Shown piece after piece: positions 37,403 through 51,360 of a stretch of DNA of 64,000 nt; position 1 is the stretch's first letter, and the number at the start of each line of letters is the position of its first letter. Made by a program: the position numbers and the translations under genes. The DNA is from Octopus bimaculoides (lineage: Eukaryota): assembly GCF_001194135.2 (NCBI RefSeq), contig NC_068991.1, forward strand, positions 58,565,138 to 58,629,137, in the 5' to 3' direction. Below the pieces are notes generated by a model. That model had not been told where the DNA came from. It worked only from the letters and a program-made list of their open reading frames with translations, and did no database searches.

Positions 37403-37814
37403 GGCGGCGAGTTGGCAGAAGCGTTAGCACGCCCGGCGAAATGCTTAGCTGTATTTCGTCTGCCGTTACGTTCTGAGTTCAAATTCTGCCGAGATCGACT
37501 TTGCCTTTCATCCTTTCGGGGTCGATAAATTAAGTACCAGTTACGCACTGGGGTAGATATGATCGACTTAATCCGTTTGTCTGTCCTTGTTTGTCCCCTC
37601 TGTGTTTAGCCCGTTGTGGGCAATAGAGAAATAAGAAACGTTAACACGCAGGGCGAAATGCTTAGCGGTATTTCGTCTGTCTTTACGTTCTGAGTTCAAA
37701 TTCCGCCAGGTCGACTTTACCTTTCATCCTTTCGGAGTAGATTAAATAAAGTACCAGTTACGCACTGGCCCCCTCCCCAAAAACATTTCGAGCTTTGTGT
37801 CTAGAACAGAAAAG
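37403..37814 (+). mobile_element. SINE B+B' dimer flanked by a target-site duplication
   Basis: Junction GAAATAAG|AAACGTTAAC at 37635/37636; TSD AATATAAGCTTT (37385-37396) versus AATATAACTTT (37815-37825). Confidence 0.9.
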
Positions 37815-37849
37815 AATATAACTTTGCCATTATAATGTTAAAAGATGTG

Positions 37850-38000
37850 TCGGCATGGCTTTGTGGCTAAGAAGCTTGCTTTGAAACCACGTAGTTTCAG
37901 GTTCAATCCCACTAGGTGGTAATGTCTTGTGTTGTAACCCCGAGTCGAGCTATACCTTGTGAGTGAATTTCGTAAACGGAAATTGTGTAGAAGCTTGCTA
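37850..38000 (+). mobile_element. SINE family A head
   Basis: GGCATGGCTTTGTGGCTAAGAAGC...GGTTCAATCCC. Confidence 0.75.
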
Positions 38001-38708
38001 TAAAATTAAATTTCTTTCATATTTCTTCCGTGTTTATCACAATACACTGTCTGTTTCAACATCTGTTTCCGTCATCAATAAATAAAAACAGATCATTTCT
38101 TGTAAAAGAAACAGAACAACAAAGAAACTAGCAAGCGTAAATGCTTTTCAAATCCTGTGCTCGAACAGATCAACCATCTCGATGACTCTGTCCTTGAGTG
38201 ATGCTTCTACTAGAAATAGCGGTCAACACTTTATCGATTTTTACCTACTTCGTATTGAATAATGTATTCCTGCAAGCACTGTATCAGAAAGCCCAACGGA
38301 AATGTCAAAGGTGGAACGCCCTAGTTCTATCCGATCTAGGTTTACCTACGAGCTAAACAACAATAACGCAAAGGAAGCACACATTGCATTATTCAATCTT
38401 AGAAGCTTGTAAGCTCGATGAGGGCTAACATGGGTTAGAATTGAAAAATAGCAACATCCAGTTACCATTTCTTTTCAGTTGTTTTCGATTCCCTGATTTG
38501 TAAATGTTTTCAGTATGCCATGTCCAAATTTTCTACGCCTATTCGCGCTGGCCGATTGTCGTTTGGAGAGGCAAGTCCTTGTGGTCGAGTGATGTAATCC
38601 TAACCGAGGCGTAATTAGAACTCAGGTGTTGAAAGACTTCTCATCAAGCGCTTATTTACTGGGAGTTGTTTAGATCTCGGTTAATCAGGACCCCAATCAA
38701 TATATGTA

Positions 38709-38750
<42 letters not shown>

Positions 38751-39779
38751 NNNNNNNNNNNNNNNNNNNNNNNNNNNNNNNNNNNNNNNNNNNNNNNNNN
38801 NNNNNNNNNNNNNNNNNNNNNNNNNNNNNNNNNNNNNNNNNNNNNNNNNNNNNNNNNNNNNNNNNNNNNNNNNNNNNNNNNNNNNNNNNNNNNNNNNNNN
38901 NNNNNNNNNNNNNNNNNNNNNNNNNNNNNNNNNNNNNNNNNNNNNNNNNNNNNNNNNNNNNNNNNNNNNNNNNNNNNNNNNNNNNNNNNNNNNNNNNNNN
39001 NNNNNNNNNNNNNNNNNNNNNNNNNNNNNNNNNNNNNNNNNNNNNNNNNNNNNNNNNNNNNNNNNNNNNNNNNNNNNNNNNNNNNNNNNNNNNNNNNNNN
39101 NNNNNNNNNNNNNNNNNNNNNNNNNNNNNNNNNNNNNNNNNNNNNNNNNNNNNNNNNNNNNNNNNNNNNNNNNNNNNNNNNNNNNNNNNNNNNNNNNNNN
39201 NNNNNNNNNNNNNNNNNNNNNNNNNNNNNNNNNNNNNNNNNNNNNNNNNNNNNNNNNNNNNNNNNNNNNNNNNNNNNNNNNNNNNNNNNNNNNNNNNNNN
39301 NNNNNNNNNNNNNNNNNNNNNNNNNNNNNNNNNNNNNNNNNNNNNNNNNNNNNNNNNNNNNNNNNNNNNNNNNNNNNNNNNNNNNNNNNNNNNNNNNNNN
39401 NNNNNNNNNNNNNNNNNNNNNNNNNNNNNNNNNNNNNNNNNNNNNNNNNNNNNNNNNNNNNNNNNNNNNNNNNNNNNNNNNNNNNNNNNNNNNNNNNNNN
39501 NNNNNNNNNNNNNNNNNNNNNNNNNNNNNNNNNNNNNNNNNNNNNNNNNNNNNNNNNNNNNNNNNNNNNNNNNNNNNNNNNNNNNNNNNNNNNNNNNNNN
39601 NNNNNNNNNNNNNNNNNNNNNNNNNNNNNNNNNNNNNNNNNNNNNNNNNNNNNNNNNNNNNNNNNNNNNNNNNNNNNNNNNNNNNNNNNNNNNNNNNNAT
39701 ATATACACACACACTTATATATACATGTATGCAAAATTACACCGACACACACACATACAGGTTTTAACTCATTCTTCAT

Positions 39780-39995
39780 AGCGTATAAATGACTGAGATC
39801 AAAACACTTGCCCCGAATAGGACGCCAGTCCATTGCAGGATTAACTTCTCAACTATGCTGGAATTAATTTACAGCTGAGTGGTCTGCACCAATGTAAAAT
39901 GAAGTGTTTTGCTCAAGACCGCAACGCACTGTCTGAACTTAGAATTGAAACCACGATCTTACGAATGTGATTCTAACACTACAACTCCTCAGCCT
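39780..39995 (-). mobile_element. tRNA-derived SINE with a V-SINE-like body
   Basis: Minus strand: GTGGTTTCAATTC...GTCTTGAGCAAAACACTT...CACTCAGCTGTAAA...AATCCTGCAATGGACTGGCGTCC. Confidence 0.6.
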
Positions 39996-40254
39996 TCTCT
40001 GATTTACTTACCGAACCTCTAATGGCCAGCGGCCTAGTTGTAATGATGTTAGACTCGTTAACTTAAGGTCGTGGGTTCGACTAACATAAAAAACACCATT
40101 TTGTAAACCAGGAAAAGTTACTGAATAATCTAACGACGGACCGATGTCTCCCAAAGCGGAGTGTATTCTAAATGCGGTCGTTTATTACCCATGAGAAACC
40201 GAGATAAATATCACGACTCATGAGAACGAGGCTCATAACATAACATAAGACTTA

Positions 40255-40655
40255 ATCCTCTTTTACTTGTTTCAGTCATTTGACTGTGGCCATGCTGGAG
40301 CACCGCCTTTAGTCGAACAAATCGACCCCAGGACTTATTCTTTTTAAGCCTAGTACTTATTCTATAGATCTCTTTTGCCGGACCGCTAAGTTACGGGGAC
40401 GTAAACACGCCAGCATCAGTTGTCAAGTGATGTTGAGGGGACAAACACAGACACACAAACATATACACACACATACATATATATAAATATATACATATAT
40501 ACGAGGGGCTTCTTTCAGTTTCCGTCTACCAAATCCACTCACAAGGCTTTGGTCGGTCCGAGGCTATAGTAGAAGACACTTGCCCAAGGTGCCACACAGT
40601 GGGACTGAACCCGGAACCATGTGGTTGGTAAGCAAGCTACTTACCACACAGCCAG
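40255..40655 (-). mobile_element. SINE family A, full length, young-looking
   Basis: Best-preserved copy: head, internal CA/TA microsatellite, tail GACTGAAACAAGTAAAAG. Confidence 0.92.
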
Positions 40656-41226
40656 TGAAATAAGATATTTTCCTCGGTGATGTTTGAACTCAGTTCGAAA
40701 AGTAATGTGAGGCAAATATACAGTAATTTCTTTATGCCAATTCTCTAACGATTCTCCCAATTTACCGAGAAGCAACAATAACAGCAATAATCAAGGAATT
40801 GATTTGAGACTTAGAGACATCGCCGCCATTTTCCTAAACACATTGAAATTTCCACTACGGAGGAACATCAAATTTAATAGACGTAATGCAGTTGCATTTA
40901 TAACTGCAGGTGATATGCAATACTGCAATACATCTGCATCAAATGCCATTAAATATAATGAGAACATCAAACAATAAGATGTTTGAACCTATTGTTGTGT
41001 TCGTGTCTTCATCTGAATATCTCTGAAAACATTTTACTAACTATTAATACGTAAATTTTATAAGAGACCCCCACTTTTTAAATTCTAGCTTTTTTTATAA
41101 ATTAAGTTTTAGAATATATACATATGCGCCTCTGTCTGATAGTGTGTGTGTGTGAGTGTACATGTGTGTGTATGTGTGTGTATGCATGCATGTCTATATA
41201 TATACATATATATATAAATATATACG

Positions 41227-41258
<32 letters not shown>

Positions 41259-41749
41259 NNNNNNNNNNNNNNNNNNNNNNNNNNNNNNNNNNNNNNNNNN
41301 NNNNNNNNNNNNNNNNNNNNNNNNNNNNNNNNNNNNNNNNNNNNNNNNNNNNNNNNNNNNNNNNNNNNNNNNNNNNNNNNNNNNNNNNNNNNNNNNNNNN
41401 NNNNNNNNNNNNNNNNNNNNNNNNNNNNNNNNNNNNNNNNNNNNNNNNNNNNNNNNNNNNNNNNNNNNNNNNNNNNNNNNNNNNNNNNNNNNNNNNNNNN
41501 NNNNNNNNNNNNNNNNNNNNNNNNNNNNNNNNNNNNNNNNNNNNNNNNNNNNNNNNNNNNNNNNNNNNNNNNNNNNNNNNNNNNNNNNNNNNNNNNNNNN
41601 NNNNNNNNNNNNNNNNNNNNNNNNNNNNNNNNNNNNNNNNNNNNNNNNNNNNNNNNNNNNNNNNNNNNNNNNNNNNNNNNNNNNNNNNNNNNNNNNNNNN
41701 NNNNNNNNNNNNNNNNNNNNNNNNNNNNNNNNNNNNNNNNNNNNNNNNN

Positions 41750-41809
<60 letters not shown>

Positions 41810-42136
41810 GCACAAAGACTTGTATATGTGTGAATTTGTTTCTTGTATGGCAGTTCTCTTACCATTATTTCCTGTAGCTTCAATTCTTATTGTAGTTATT
41901 ATTATCATTATTATTTCAGTTATTGATTTAGTATTGATTTTTACTGTTGTTATTATTGATATTATTACATTATTGTTATTGTAATTGCTATTATTGTTGA
42001 TTTTGTTGATGGTATTTTTGTTGTTTAATCTTCTATTCTTAACGTTATGGTTTTTGTTTTTGTATAAAGAAAATTTTAAAATTACATTTCCAGAGTCACA
42101 TATCAAATCAAATTACATACATAAAGCGTACATACA

Positions 42137-42172
<36 letters not shown>

Positions 42173-42342
42173 CATATATATACATATGTATACATGCACA
42201 GAGCCACACGGTATACGCAGACATAGACACACTCAGAGACACACCCTTGCCCTCATGTATATATATATGTGTGTGTTTGTGTGTGTTGGTGCAAGTTTGC
42301 ATGCATGTATATATCAGTGTGTCTATGTGTGTACCTATACAT

Positions 42343-42494
<152 letters not shown>

Positions 42495-42669
42495 ACATAT
42501 ATTCACACACATATATGTGTGTGTGTGTATGTGTGTGTGTGAATAGAAAGATGGGGGAGAGAGAGGAAGAAAGGAAAGAGAGTCTTACATATGTAGATAA
42601 GGGGATAGATAGACAGATTGATACACGGATAGATAGACAGATAGATAGACTGATAAACAGCTAGCTAGC

Positions 42670-42728
<59 letters not shown>

Positions 42729-43488
42729 GTATAGGTTATTAGTAGTTGTATTATTGGAATTCTGTTTGTTTTTATACTTTTCTTCCTTCTTTTCTTCATT
42801 TCTCCTATTTGCTTATATATATCTTCTTTCTTCCTTTCCTTCTTTCTTCTTTCTTTCTTTCATTCATTCATTCCTTTCCCCTCTCTCTTTGTCTCTACTG
42901 GAGATTTTAATGTTTTATAGAACTTTCATGAATGTTACACCACAGAATAATTTTCATATCGAAAATAATGAAGAACACCAAAGACAAAACAAAANNNNNN
43001 NNNNNNNNNNNNNNNNNNNNNNNNNNNNNNNNNNNNNNNNNNNNNNNNNNNNNNNNNNNNNNNNNNNNNNNNNNNNNNNNNNNNNNNNNNNNNNNNNNNN
43101 NNNNNNNNNNNNNNNNNNNNNNNNNNNNNNNNNNNNNNNNNNNNNNNNNNNNNNNNNNNNNNNNNNNNNNNNNNNNNNNNNNNNNNNNNNNNNNNNNNNN
43201 NNNNNNNNNNNNNNNNNNNNNNNNNNNNNNNNNNNNNNNNNNNNNNNNNNNNNNNNNNNNNNNNNNNNNNNNNNNNNNNNNNNNNNNNNNNNNNNNNNNN
43301 NNNNNNNNNNNNNNNNNNNNNNNNNNNNNNNNNNNNNNNNNNNNNNNNNNNNNNNNNNNNNNNNNNNNNNNNNNNNNNNNNNNNNNNNNNNNNNNNNNNN
43401 NNNNNNNNNNNNNNNNNNNNNNNNNNNNNNNNNNNNNNNNNNNNNNNNNNNNNNNNNNNNNNNNNNNNNNNNNNNNTGATTTCAGTTA

Positions 43489-43551
<63 letters not shown>

Positions 43552-44335
43552 CATATATATACCTATATATGTGTGTGTGTGTGCATATACACACATATAT
43601 GTATGAATGTATATTATTTTTGTGTGTGTGAGTGTGAAATTTTATTCTTTAAGTATATTATATTAATCCAGATGAATACGAAACGGAAAATGGAAAATAC
43701 ATAAATAGATGCAATTTTTCGTATTAAGAAAATAAAAAAAATATATTATTGATAAAACTGCACACATATAAAATTGTATATTTATGTATATATAAATTGT
43801 ATATCTATAATGTGACAAATTCTAAAATCCAAATTTGTTATGCGTATATATATATTCATTTATGTATAATATACATTTATATATACGCACTTACATGCAC
43901 ACGCATACAGACAAACGAGCATATACACGTGTGCTCGCGCACACTCATACGTATACACTTAATGTGGATTATATACATATATATGCATTTGCGCGTGTAT
44001 GCCTGTGAATCTAGTTAATCATTTCATAAACACGTTGGCCGAGTGGGTTGATAGGAATAATGGAATAACAAATTAAGTGATTCTCAATATTTATTTTGTT
44101 ATCCATTCACTCCTGTTATTCTCAATTCAAATCCTGCCAGGAACAGCGGTAGTAGTCTTCTTGCCGCTGGTCGTGTTATGTAACCCTTGGTCACACACTT
44201 TCTGCAGATCTTTGATTAAATGCAGTTCAATGATGAATATCCCATGATGATTTCAAATAAGGATGAAATGGCGCTATACATAACTAACAACGGCTGCACA
44301 TTTTAAGATCTTTATAATGTATCAGAAGAAAGAAT

Positions 44336-45173
44336 TATTGCGTTGTGTCAAAGGTTCTACAATATTTTGGCAACTTATTTGCTTTATTCGTCAAGTTCCA
44401 GCAAAAGCATTCTAGTATTCAAAGTAGCGGCCATCGTGTTGCAATGTTTAAAGCCATCTTTCTGTCAGTTCTTTGATGCCATGCTGATACAAGTTCTTGT
44501 CCGAGGCGAAGAATTCCTTCATGGATAAAAAAAAAACAATAATCTGAGGGAGATATTTCTCAACAACCCTAACGTGCATAAGCAGTAGTTAAACAAGGAC
44601 CAGCTTCCAGAACCTGTCACCAAACATGGGCGTTTCGAACACAATGTGCTGCACTACAACTGGTATAATTACGAGATAATCCACCACGAGTTCGTTCCGG
44701 ACGGTCGAAGCATCGATGCCAACCTGCAATCCCGACAGCTGGAGCGGATATATGCCACCGTGCAGCAAAAATATCCGGAATTAGTTAACAGAAATCGAGC
44801 TCCTCTTCAGCAAGCCAATAGAAGACCTTATACCTCTCGAACGACCCGGAATAAACTTCGGGGGAAACGAACTTGTGGTACATCCAGCATATAGTCCGGA
44901 ACCAGCTACCTCGTATTATTACATGTTCTGCTCCATGGCTCATTTCCTGCCCTTGTGACGCTTCATCAACTAAGAGGTGGTAGAAGCTTCAGTGAAGGAG
45001 TTCTTCGCCTCGAACGGTAAGAACTGGAATCAGCGTAAGATAAAAAAACTGGCAAAAAGGTGGCTTCAGACGGTGCAGCATAATGGCGCCTACTTTGAAT
45101 TCTTTAGTTGTAACTTGATGAATAAAGCAAATAAATTACCAAAATATTGCAGAACGTTTGAGTCTACACCATA
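44336..45173. mobile_element. Mariner relic with two outward-facing 3' ends
   Basis: Plus strand ~44560-45173 encodes decayed EIIHHEFVPDG...HPAYSPEPATSYYYMF...KRWLQTVQHNGAYFE. Minus strand 44525-44338 encodes MKEFFASDKNLYQHGIKELTERWL*TLQHDGRYFEY. Matching TIRs with TA at both ends. Confidence 0.85.
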
Positions 45174-45364
45174 TTAAATGTGTATATTCTGGTCGCCTTC
45201 TTTATTACTCTTTGACTTAAAATTCAGACTTCCAATCCCGCGTTAAAACTTGATCTAGAAGTTATTATCTCCCCTGCGATCGCTGAACACCAGGGCATAC
45301 CACGTGAATGAATATTACAGCCTTTCTCCTTCAAATATAGTATGCTAATCGAGGATCCGGTCAT

Positions 45365-45620
45365 CGATTTATTTTTATCTCCTATCTGTATTTAGACATT
45401 GCACTGTGGCCATTCTGGGGCACTTACTTGAAGTGTTTAGTCGATCAAATCGACTCCGGTACTCATTTTTTCTGTTAAGTCTGGGAGGTATCATGTCGGT
45501 CTGTTTTGCCTGACTACTCTGCTACGGACACGTAAACAAACCAGCTCTGGTTGTCAAAAGTGGTCAGGGTGCAAAAACACAAGTACAACCACACACACAC
45601 ACACATACAAACACACACAC
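45365..45620 (-). mobile_element. SINE family A 3' half
   Basis: GCACTGTGGCCATTCTGGGGCAC...TAGTCGATCAAATCGAC. Confidence 0.7.
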
Positions 45621-46069
45621 TCACGCACACACACACACACACAAGCCATACATACATACAAACAGACAGACAGAATGTGTCTCCCGAAGACTTCAAGAAC
45701 ACCGTAAGATTGACATGAAGCACGGCCCGTCTTGGACCCGTGACCATTGCATCACATCACACTTCGAAATATATGCATTATCCAGTCAAAGAACAGGAGA
45801 TCGCTAAGAGATACCTAATAGATCAAATAAAAAAAGTAAGAGACAGAGAAGCCCGTGGTGTTCCAAAATGCAACCGAAAGATATATATTATCATATTTCT
45901 CTGGAAGATATCACACGTGATTAACAGCTGCTCAAATCTCTTATTCATAGGAGAAATTTACTCACATGATTCCGGGTTCAGCCGCAGTTCTCGTCGCTTT
46001 ATTATTTTTTTTTTTTTNNNNNNNNNNTTTGCTGTTTAATTTCAGCTTTTGTCTGATCGACCATATCAT

Positions 46070-46545
46070 GATATTTTTACTTGTTTCAGGCATGAGACCG
46101 AGGCCTTGCTGGAGCACCGTCTTGAATAATATTAGTCGAGCAAATCGACACCAGTGCTTATTTTTATTTATTAAAATTAGGTGCTTCTTCTATATGGTCT
46201 CCCTTTGCCGAACCGCTAAATTAAGGGGACGTAAGCTCACCAACACCGGATATCAAGCAGTGGTGGTGGGAGTAAACACAGATACAAAGACACACACATA
46301 CATGCAAATACATATGTGTGTGTGTGTGTGCGTGTGCGTGTGCGTGTGTGTGCGTTGTGTGTATGTCTGTGCATGTATGTATGTATGTATTTATGATGAG
46401 CCTCTTTCAGTTTCCAAATCTACTCATAAGGTTATGGTCGGCCCAAAGCTAAAGTAAAAGTCATTTTCCCGAGGTGTCACACTGTGGCACTGAACCCGTA
46501 ACCATGTGGTTGGGAAGAAAACTTCTTACCACTTGGCCAGGCACA
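46070..46545 (-). mobile_element. SINE family A, full length
   Basis: Tail, microsatellite and head in reverse orientation. Confidence 0.85.
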
Positions 46546-47050
46546 GAGGACTGCACTAAATATTTAATAACATCTTTCCTTTTTTCCCCTTAGTTTAGAA
46601 GGTTTCATTTAAAAAAGATTGCGACTCTTATTTCTAGCAAGTCAGGCTGACCACATAGAAACTCCTCTATAACTATAGAAGGAGAAATATCACTTGGCAG
46701 GATATAAATACGCTTAAACGACTCAAGTAGAGAATGAACTATGTGGGTGTGTATACCGAAGATCAAGCTAGCTTTTTATAGTATCTGCGCTTATTAATTC
46801 CTTGTATTTTTGGCATTTATCTCCAGCTTTTCGAGTATAATCGACTACAGCGAATGCTTACATTACTGCTACTTTATATTATCGGTTCCAGAATAATAAA
46901 AGACAAAATTGACCTTGGCGGGATTTTAATTCAGAGCGTAAACAGCCGAAATTAAGTAAATACCGCGAGGCATTTTGTCCTGCTCGCTTTAACAATTCTA
47001 TCAATTCTCCATAAATATTATATATATGAATATAAGATAATCGAAAAAGG

Positions 47051-47081
<31 letters not shown>

Positions 47082-47223
47082 NNNNNNNNNNNNNNNNNNN
47101 NNNNNNNNNNNNNNNNNNNNNNNNNNNNNNNNNNNNNNNNNNNNNNNNNNNNNNNNNNNNNNNNNNNNNNNNNNNNNNNNNNNNNNNNNNNNNNATATGT
47201 ATGTATACATATATGTATGTATA

Positions 47224-47254
<31 letters not shown>

Positions 47255-47285
47255 CGATAGATAGATAGATACATAGATACATACA

Positions 47286-47323
<38 letters not shown>

Positions 47324-47362
47324 TACTGACAGACAGACGTACTGACAGACAGACAGGCAGTC

Positions 47363-47403
<41 letters not shown>

Positions 47404-47454
47404 GGCATGCAGGTGGGCAGACAGACAGACAACGGATGGATGGATGGATGGATG

Positions 47455-47505
<51 letters not shown>

Positions 47506-48048
47506 TCACATTGACACTTGCATACATCAAGACCAAAACTGAATCGCCAAATTTACGACGGAAGAAATTTACTTAAAATCAATGAAGTCCACTTGAGTTT
47601 AGAAAAGATGGCGAGTATGGTGAGGAAGGTGTTTGGGACAGTGGAGGTGGAGAGTGAGGCTTTTACATTTGATGTAATTAACTAATGTAGTCAGGGCTTA
47701 AAGCGTTGCATTATGTGAAGAGTGAGGTGAGAGAGAGCTAAAGAGAGAAAGCGAGACACTGTGAGTGTGTGAGTGAGAGGGAAATAGGCTGTAAGAGAGA
47801 GAAGAAGAGAGAGACTGTGAGAGAGTGAAGGAGAGAGAGAGCGTCAGATTTTGTGAGAGAGTATCTGTGAGAGAAAATTGAAAGAGAGAGAAAGGGAAAG
47901 ATGGAAAGAGAGAGGAAGAGAAAGAAAGATAGGGAGAATTAGAGGAGAGATAGAGGAGAGACAGTGAGAAAGTGAGGGAGCGAGAGAGTGATAGACTGTG
48001 TGAGAAAGAATCTGTGAGAGATAGGGAGAACAGAGAGAGAGGGAAAGA

Positions 48049-48087
<39 letters not shown>

Positions 48088-49265
48088 AAAGAGGGAAAGA
48101 AAGAGAATGAGAGAGAGGGAGTTTACATAGATACAGAGAGATAATATGAGAGAAGGAGGTGGCGAAAAACAGTAGAGAAGAATGGCGTTTGGGAGAATGT
48201 GCTGCAAAGTGAGAGAGGTAGATCAGGAAAGTTGAAGGAAATGTAGTGCGAAGATTTATAGATGAACGAAGTGAGCGGGGAGTGGCAAGAATGATGGGAG
48301 AGAAAGAGCGTGATCGAAGGAATAAAGGGCAGAGAATGGGGAGAGAGAAAGAAAGAAAGAGAGAGAGGCAGGTGGGGTGAAAAAAGGCGGTAATGGTATG
48401 TAATGGAATAAATAGGATGATAGTGAACGAATGTCGTAAACAATGACACACACGCACACACATTTGTGTGTGTGTGTGTGTGTGTCCATATGTCCATACA
48501 CAATAAGAGACACATACAAGTCAACACACCAATTCATGAGAATTGGTTTATGATACATATATACCTACATGCATACATGGAGGTGCAGGCGCGGCCGTGT
48601 GGTAAGACACTTGCGTCTCAACTACAGACTACCGGGTTCAGTTCCACAGTGTGGCACCTTTCCGAAGTGTCTTCTACAAGATTCTCGGGCCCACCTAGGC
48701 CCTGTGAGTAGATTTGGTAGACAGAAAATAAAAGCATACCATATATGTATACCCTTTTAGGTGTTATCACCTTTAATTATTGTTTCTGAGTATATTTTAT
48801 ACTATTGGTTTTTGCCATTGGGTGCCCTATTATTTTAGTATATATGTATATTCGATTTTTGATCATTTGGGGATGATATAAAGTTGTTTTGACCGATTGG
48901 AATGTTTATTCATTATACCTTTCAATTTATTTCTCCTATATATATATTGGCTTTTATTCAACAAAAAAAATTACAACATGTAACAAAAACATCTTTAAAT
49001 GATTATTCCGGAGCATATTCACCATCTACTTCAATTACTGATTCCCGTTTGCTTGGCACACGGTCAGACCGTCCTTTAAAGATGTTTTTATTAAATATTG
49101 TTATTGTTTTTGTTGAATAAAATTTGTTGAAAAAGCCATAATTATTATGCACCGACCTAATATATGTGCATGTGTGTGTGCGTGCGTGTTTGTGTATGCG
49201 TGCTTATGCACACACGCACACACACACACACACATACACAAACACACACTATGAGTTTTTTTATA

Positions 49266-49650
49266 TACAAGGTGATTAACAAGTAACACCATATTTTAAA
49301 ATACTTATGAATTATCTATTAACTGTAATGTTTTTCTCAATTTGTTTGGCGTTTGTTTTTTGAACTATGAGAATTTAATCTGGAATCGTATTGCACTTGT
49401 CGTTCGTGAATGGCTGAATGCCAACTTCCCCGGGAGACGGATGGTTTGTCGTGGTCTGCATGAGTGACCAGCCAGGAGTCCCATATTAACACCCTGTGAC
49501 TTCTTTCTTTGAGTTGGTTAAAGAAACAAATTTACTGTAGCAAACCGAAAACTTTGGAAGACGTTGAAGGGCAAATACAAGAATTTAGTCTTCCATCCCA
49601 CAAGTATTCCTTCTAAAATCAGTTGACGCAATTCTTGGACGCCTCAAAGC
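49266..49650 (+). mobile_element. Tc1/mariner-superfamily relic (rosa/maT-like C-terminus) with left TIR
   Basis: TA-CAAGGTGATTAACAAG TIR-like start; decayed ALVVREWLNANFPGR...E*PARSPILTPCDFFL*..LKKQIY..KPKTLE, matching the WPPRSPDLTPCDFFLWG motif. Confidence 0.75.
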
Positions 49651-50391
49651 TAGACGACCAGTGCTGGTGTGTTCGGTAAAAGAAGCCGAGAGAATAAGTA
49701 CTAGGCTTACAAAGAATAAATTTTGGGGTCGATTTGTTCAAAATAATCGAAAGAATAAAAGAATGTGTGTGTATGTGTGTGTGTTTGTGTGTGTGTGTAT
49801 GTGTGTGTGTGTGTGTGTTTGTGTGTGTGTGTATGTGTGTGTGTGTGTGTCTCTGTGTTTGCGTGTGTGTGTGTGTGTGTGTGTGTGTACCTANNNNNNN
49901 NNNNNNNNNNNNNNNNNNNNNNNNNNNNNNNNNNNNNNNNNNNNNNNNNNNNNNNNNNNNNNNNNNNNNNNNNNNNNNNNNNNNNNNNNNNNNNNNNNNN
50001 NNNNNNNNNNNNNNNNNNNNNNNNNNNNNNNNNNNNNNNNNNNNNNNNNNNNNNNNNNNNNNNNNNNNNNNNNNNNNNNNNNNNNNNNNNNNNNNNNNNN
50101 NNNNNNNNNNNNNNNNNNNNNNNNNNNNNNNNNNNNNNNNNNNNNNNNNNNNNNNNNNNNNNNNNNNNNNNNNNNNNNNNNNNNNNNNNNNNNNNNNNNN
50201 NNNNNNNNNNNNNNNNNNNNNNNNNNNNNNNNNNNNNNNNNNNNNNNNNNNNNNNNNNNNNNNNNNNNNNNNNNNNNNNNNNNNNNNNNNNNNNNNNNNN
50301 NNNNNNNNNNNNNNNNNNNNNNNNNNNNNNNNNNNNNNNNNNNNNNNNNNNNNNNNNNNNNNNNNNNNNNNNNNNNNNNNNNNNNNNNNNN

Positions 50392-50439
<48 letters not shown>

Positions 50440-50603
50440 TAAAGATAGGAGTATGAATAAGAAGATTTAACTACAGAGAGACTCGAAGAAAGAAGGAGCT
50501 AACGAAAAGGTCAAAGTCGGCGGGAAAGTTAAGTGTCGCAGTGTGTATATGCGTCATTCTTTGTGCATACGTATGTATGCGCGCGCGCATGTGTCTGTGT
50601 ATA

Positions 50604-50645
<42 letters not shown>

Positions 50646-50717
50646 CAAACACACACACACACACATATATATATGTATACATATTTATATGTATGCATGT
50701 ATTATATACATATATAC

Positions 50718-50768
<51 letters not shown>

Positions 50769-50836
50769 NNNNNNNNNNNNNNNNNNNNNNNNNNNNNNNN
50801 NNNNNNNNNNNNTATCTATATATATATATATATATC

Positions 50837-50903
<67 letters not shown>

Positions 50904-51325
50904 CCGTATATAAATACATTTATACACGTTTATATCTATCTATATGTATGTATAGATGCATATGTGTGCTTATGTTTGTCTGTTTGTATGTATGCATGTA
51001 CGTCTGTACGTATGTATGTATGTATGTACGTACGTATGTATGTATGTATGTATGCATGTACGTACGTACGTACGTATGTATGTATGTATGTACGTACGTA
51101 TGTATGTATGTATGCATGTACGTACGTACGTACGTATGTATGTATGTATGTATGTACGTATGTATGTATGTATGTATGTATGTATGTATGTATGTATGTG
51201 TGTATGAGGGTAGAGAGAACGAGTGGGGAGAGGATAAGAACGGACAGAAATATATAACAAGTCAGACACTTAAAGATGGTCTCTGAAGGATAAAGACTTA
51301 TTAATAAATGTAAAAAGGATTTAGC

Positions 51326-51360
<35 letters not shown>

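Noticed and set aside
40024-40085. tRNA gene-like sequence (also 10732-10795 and other SINE heads)
   Set aside because: Degenerate A/B boxes without a complete cloverleaf; these are SINE heads, not tRNA genes.
45740-46016. 99-aa ORF as a Tc1 HTH remnant
   Set aside because: Only a vague DR..RG.P resemblance; no TIR or catalytic motif.
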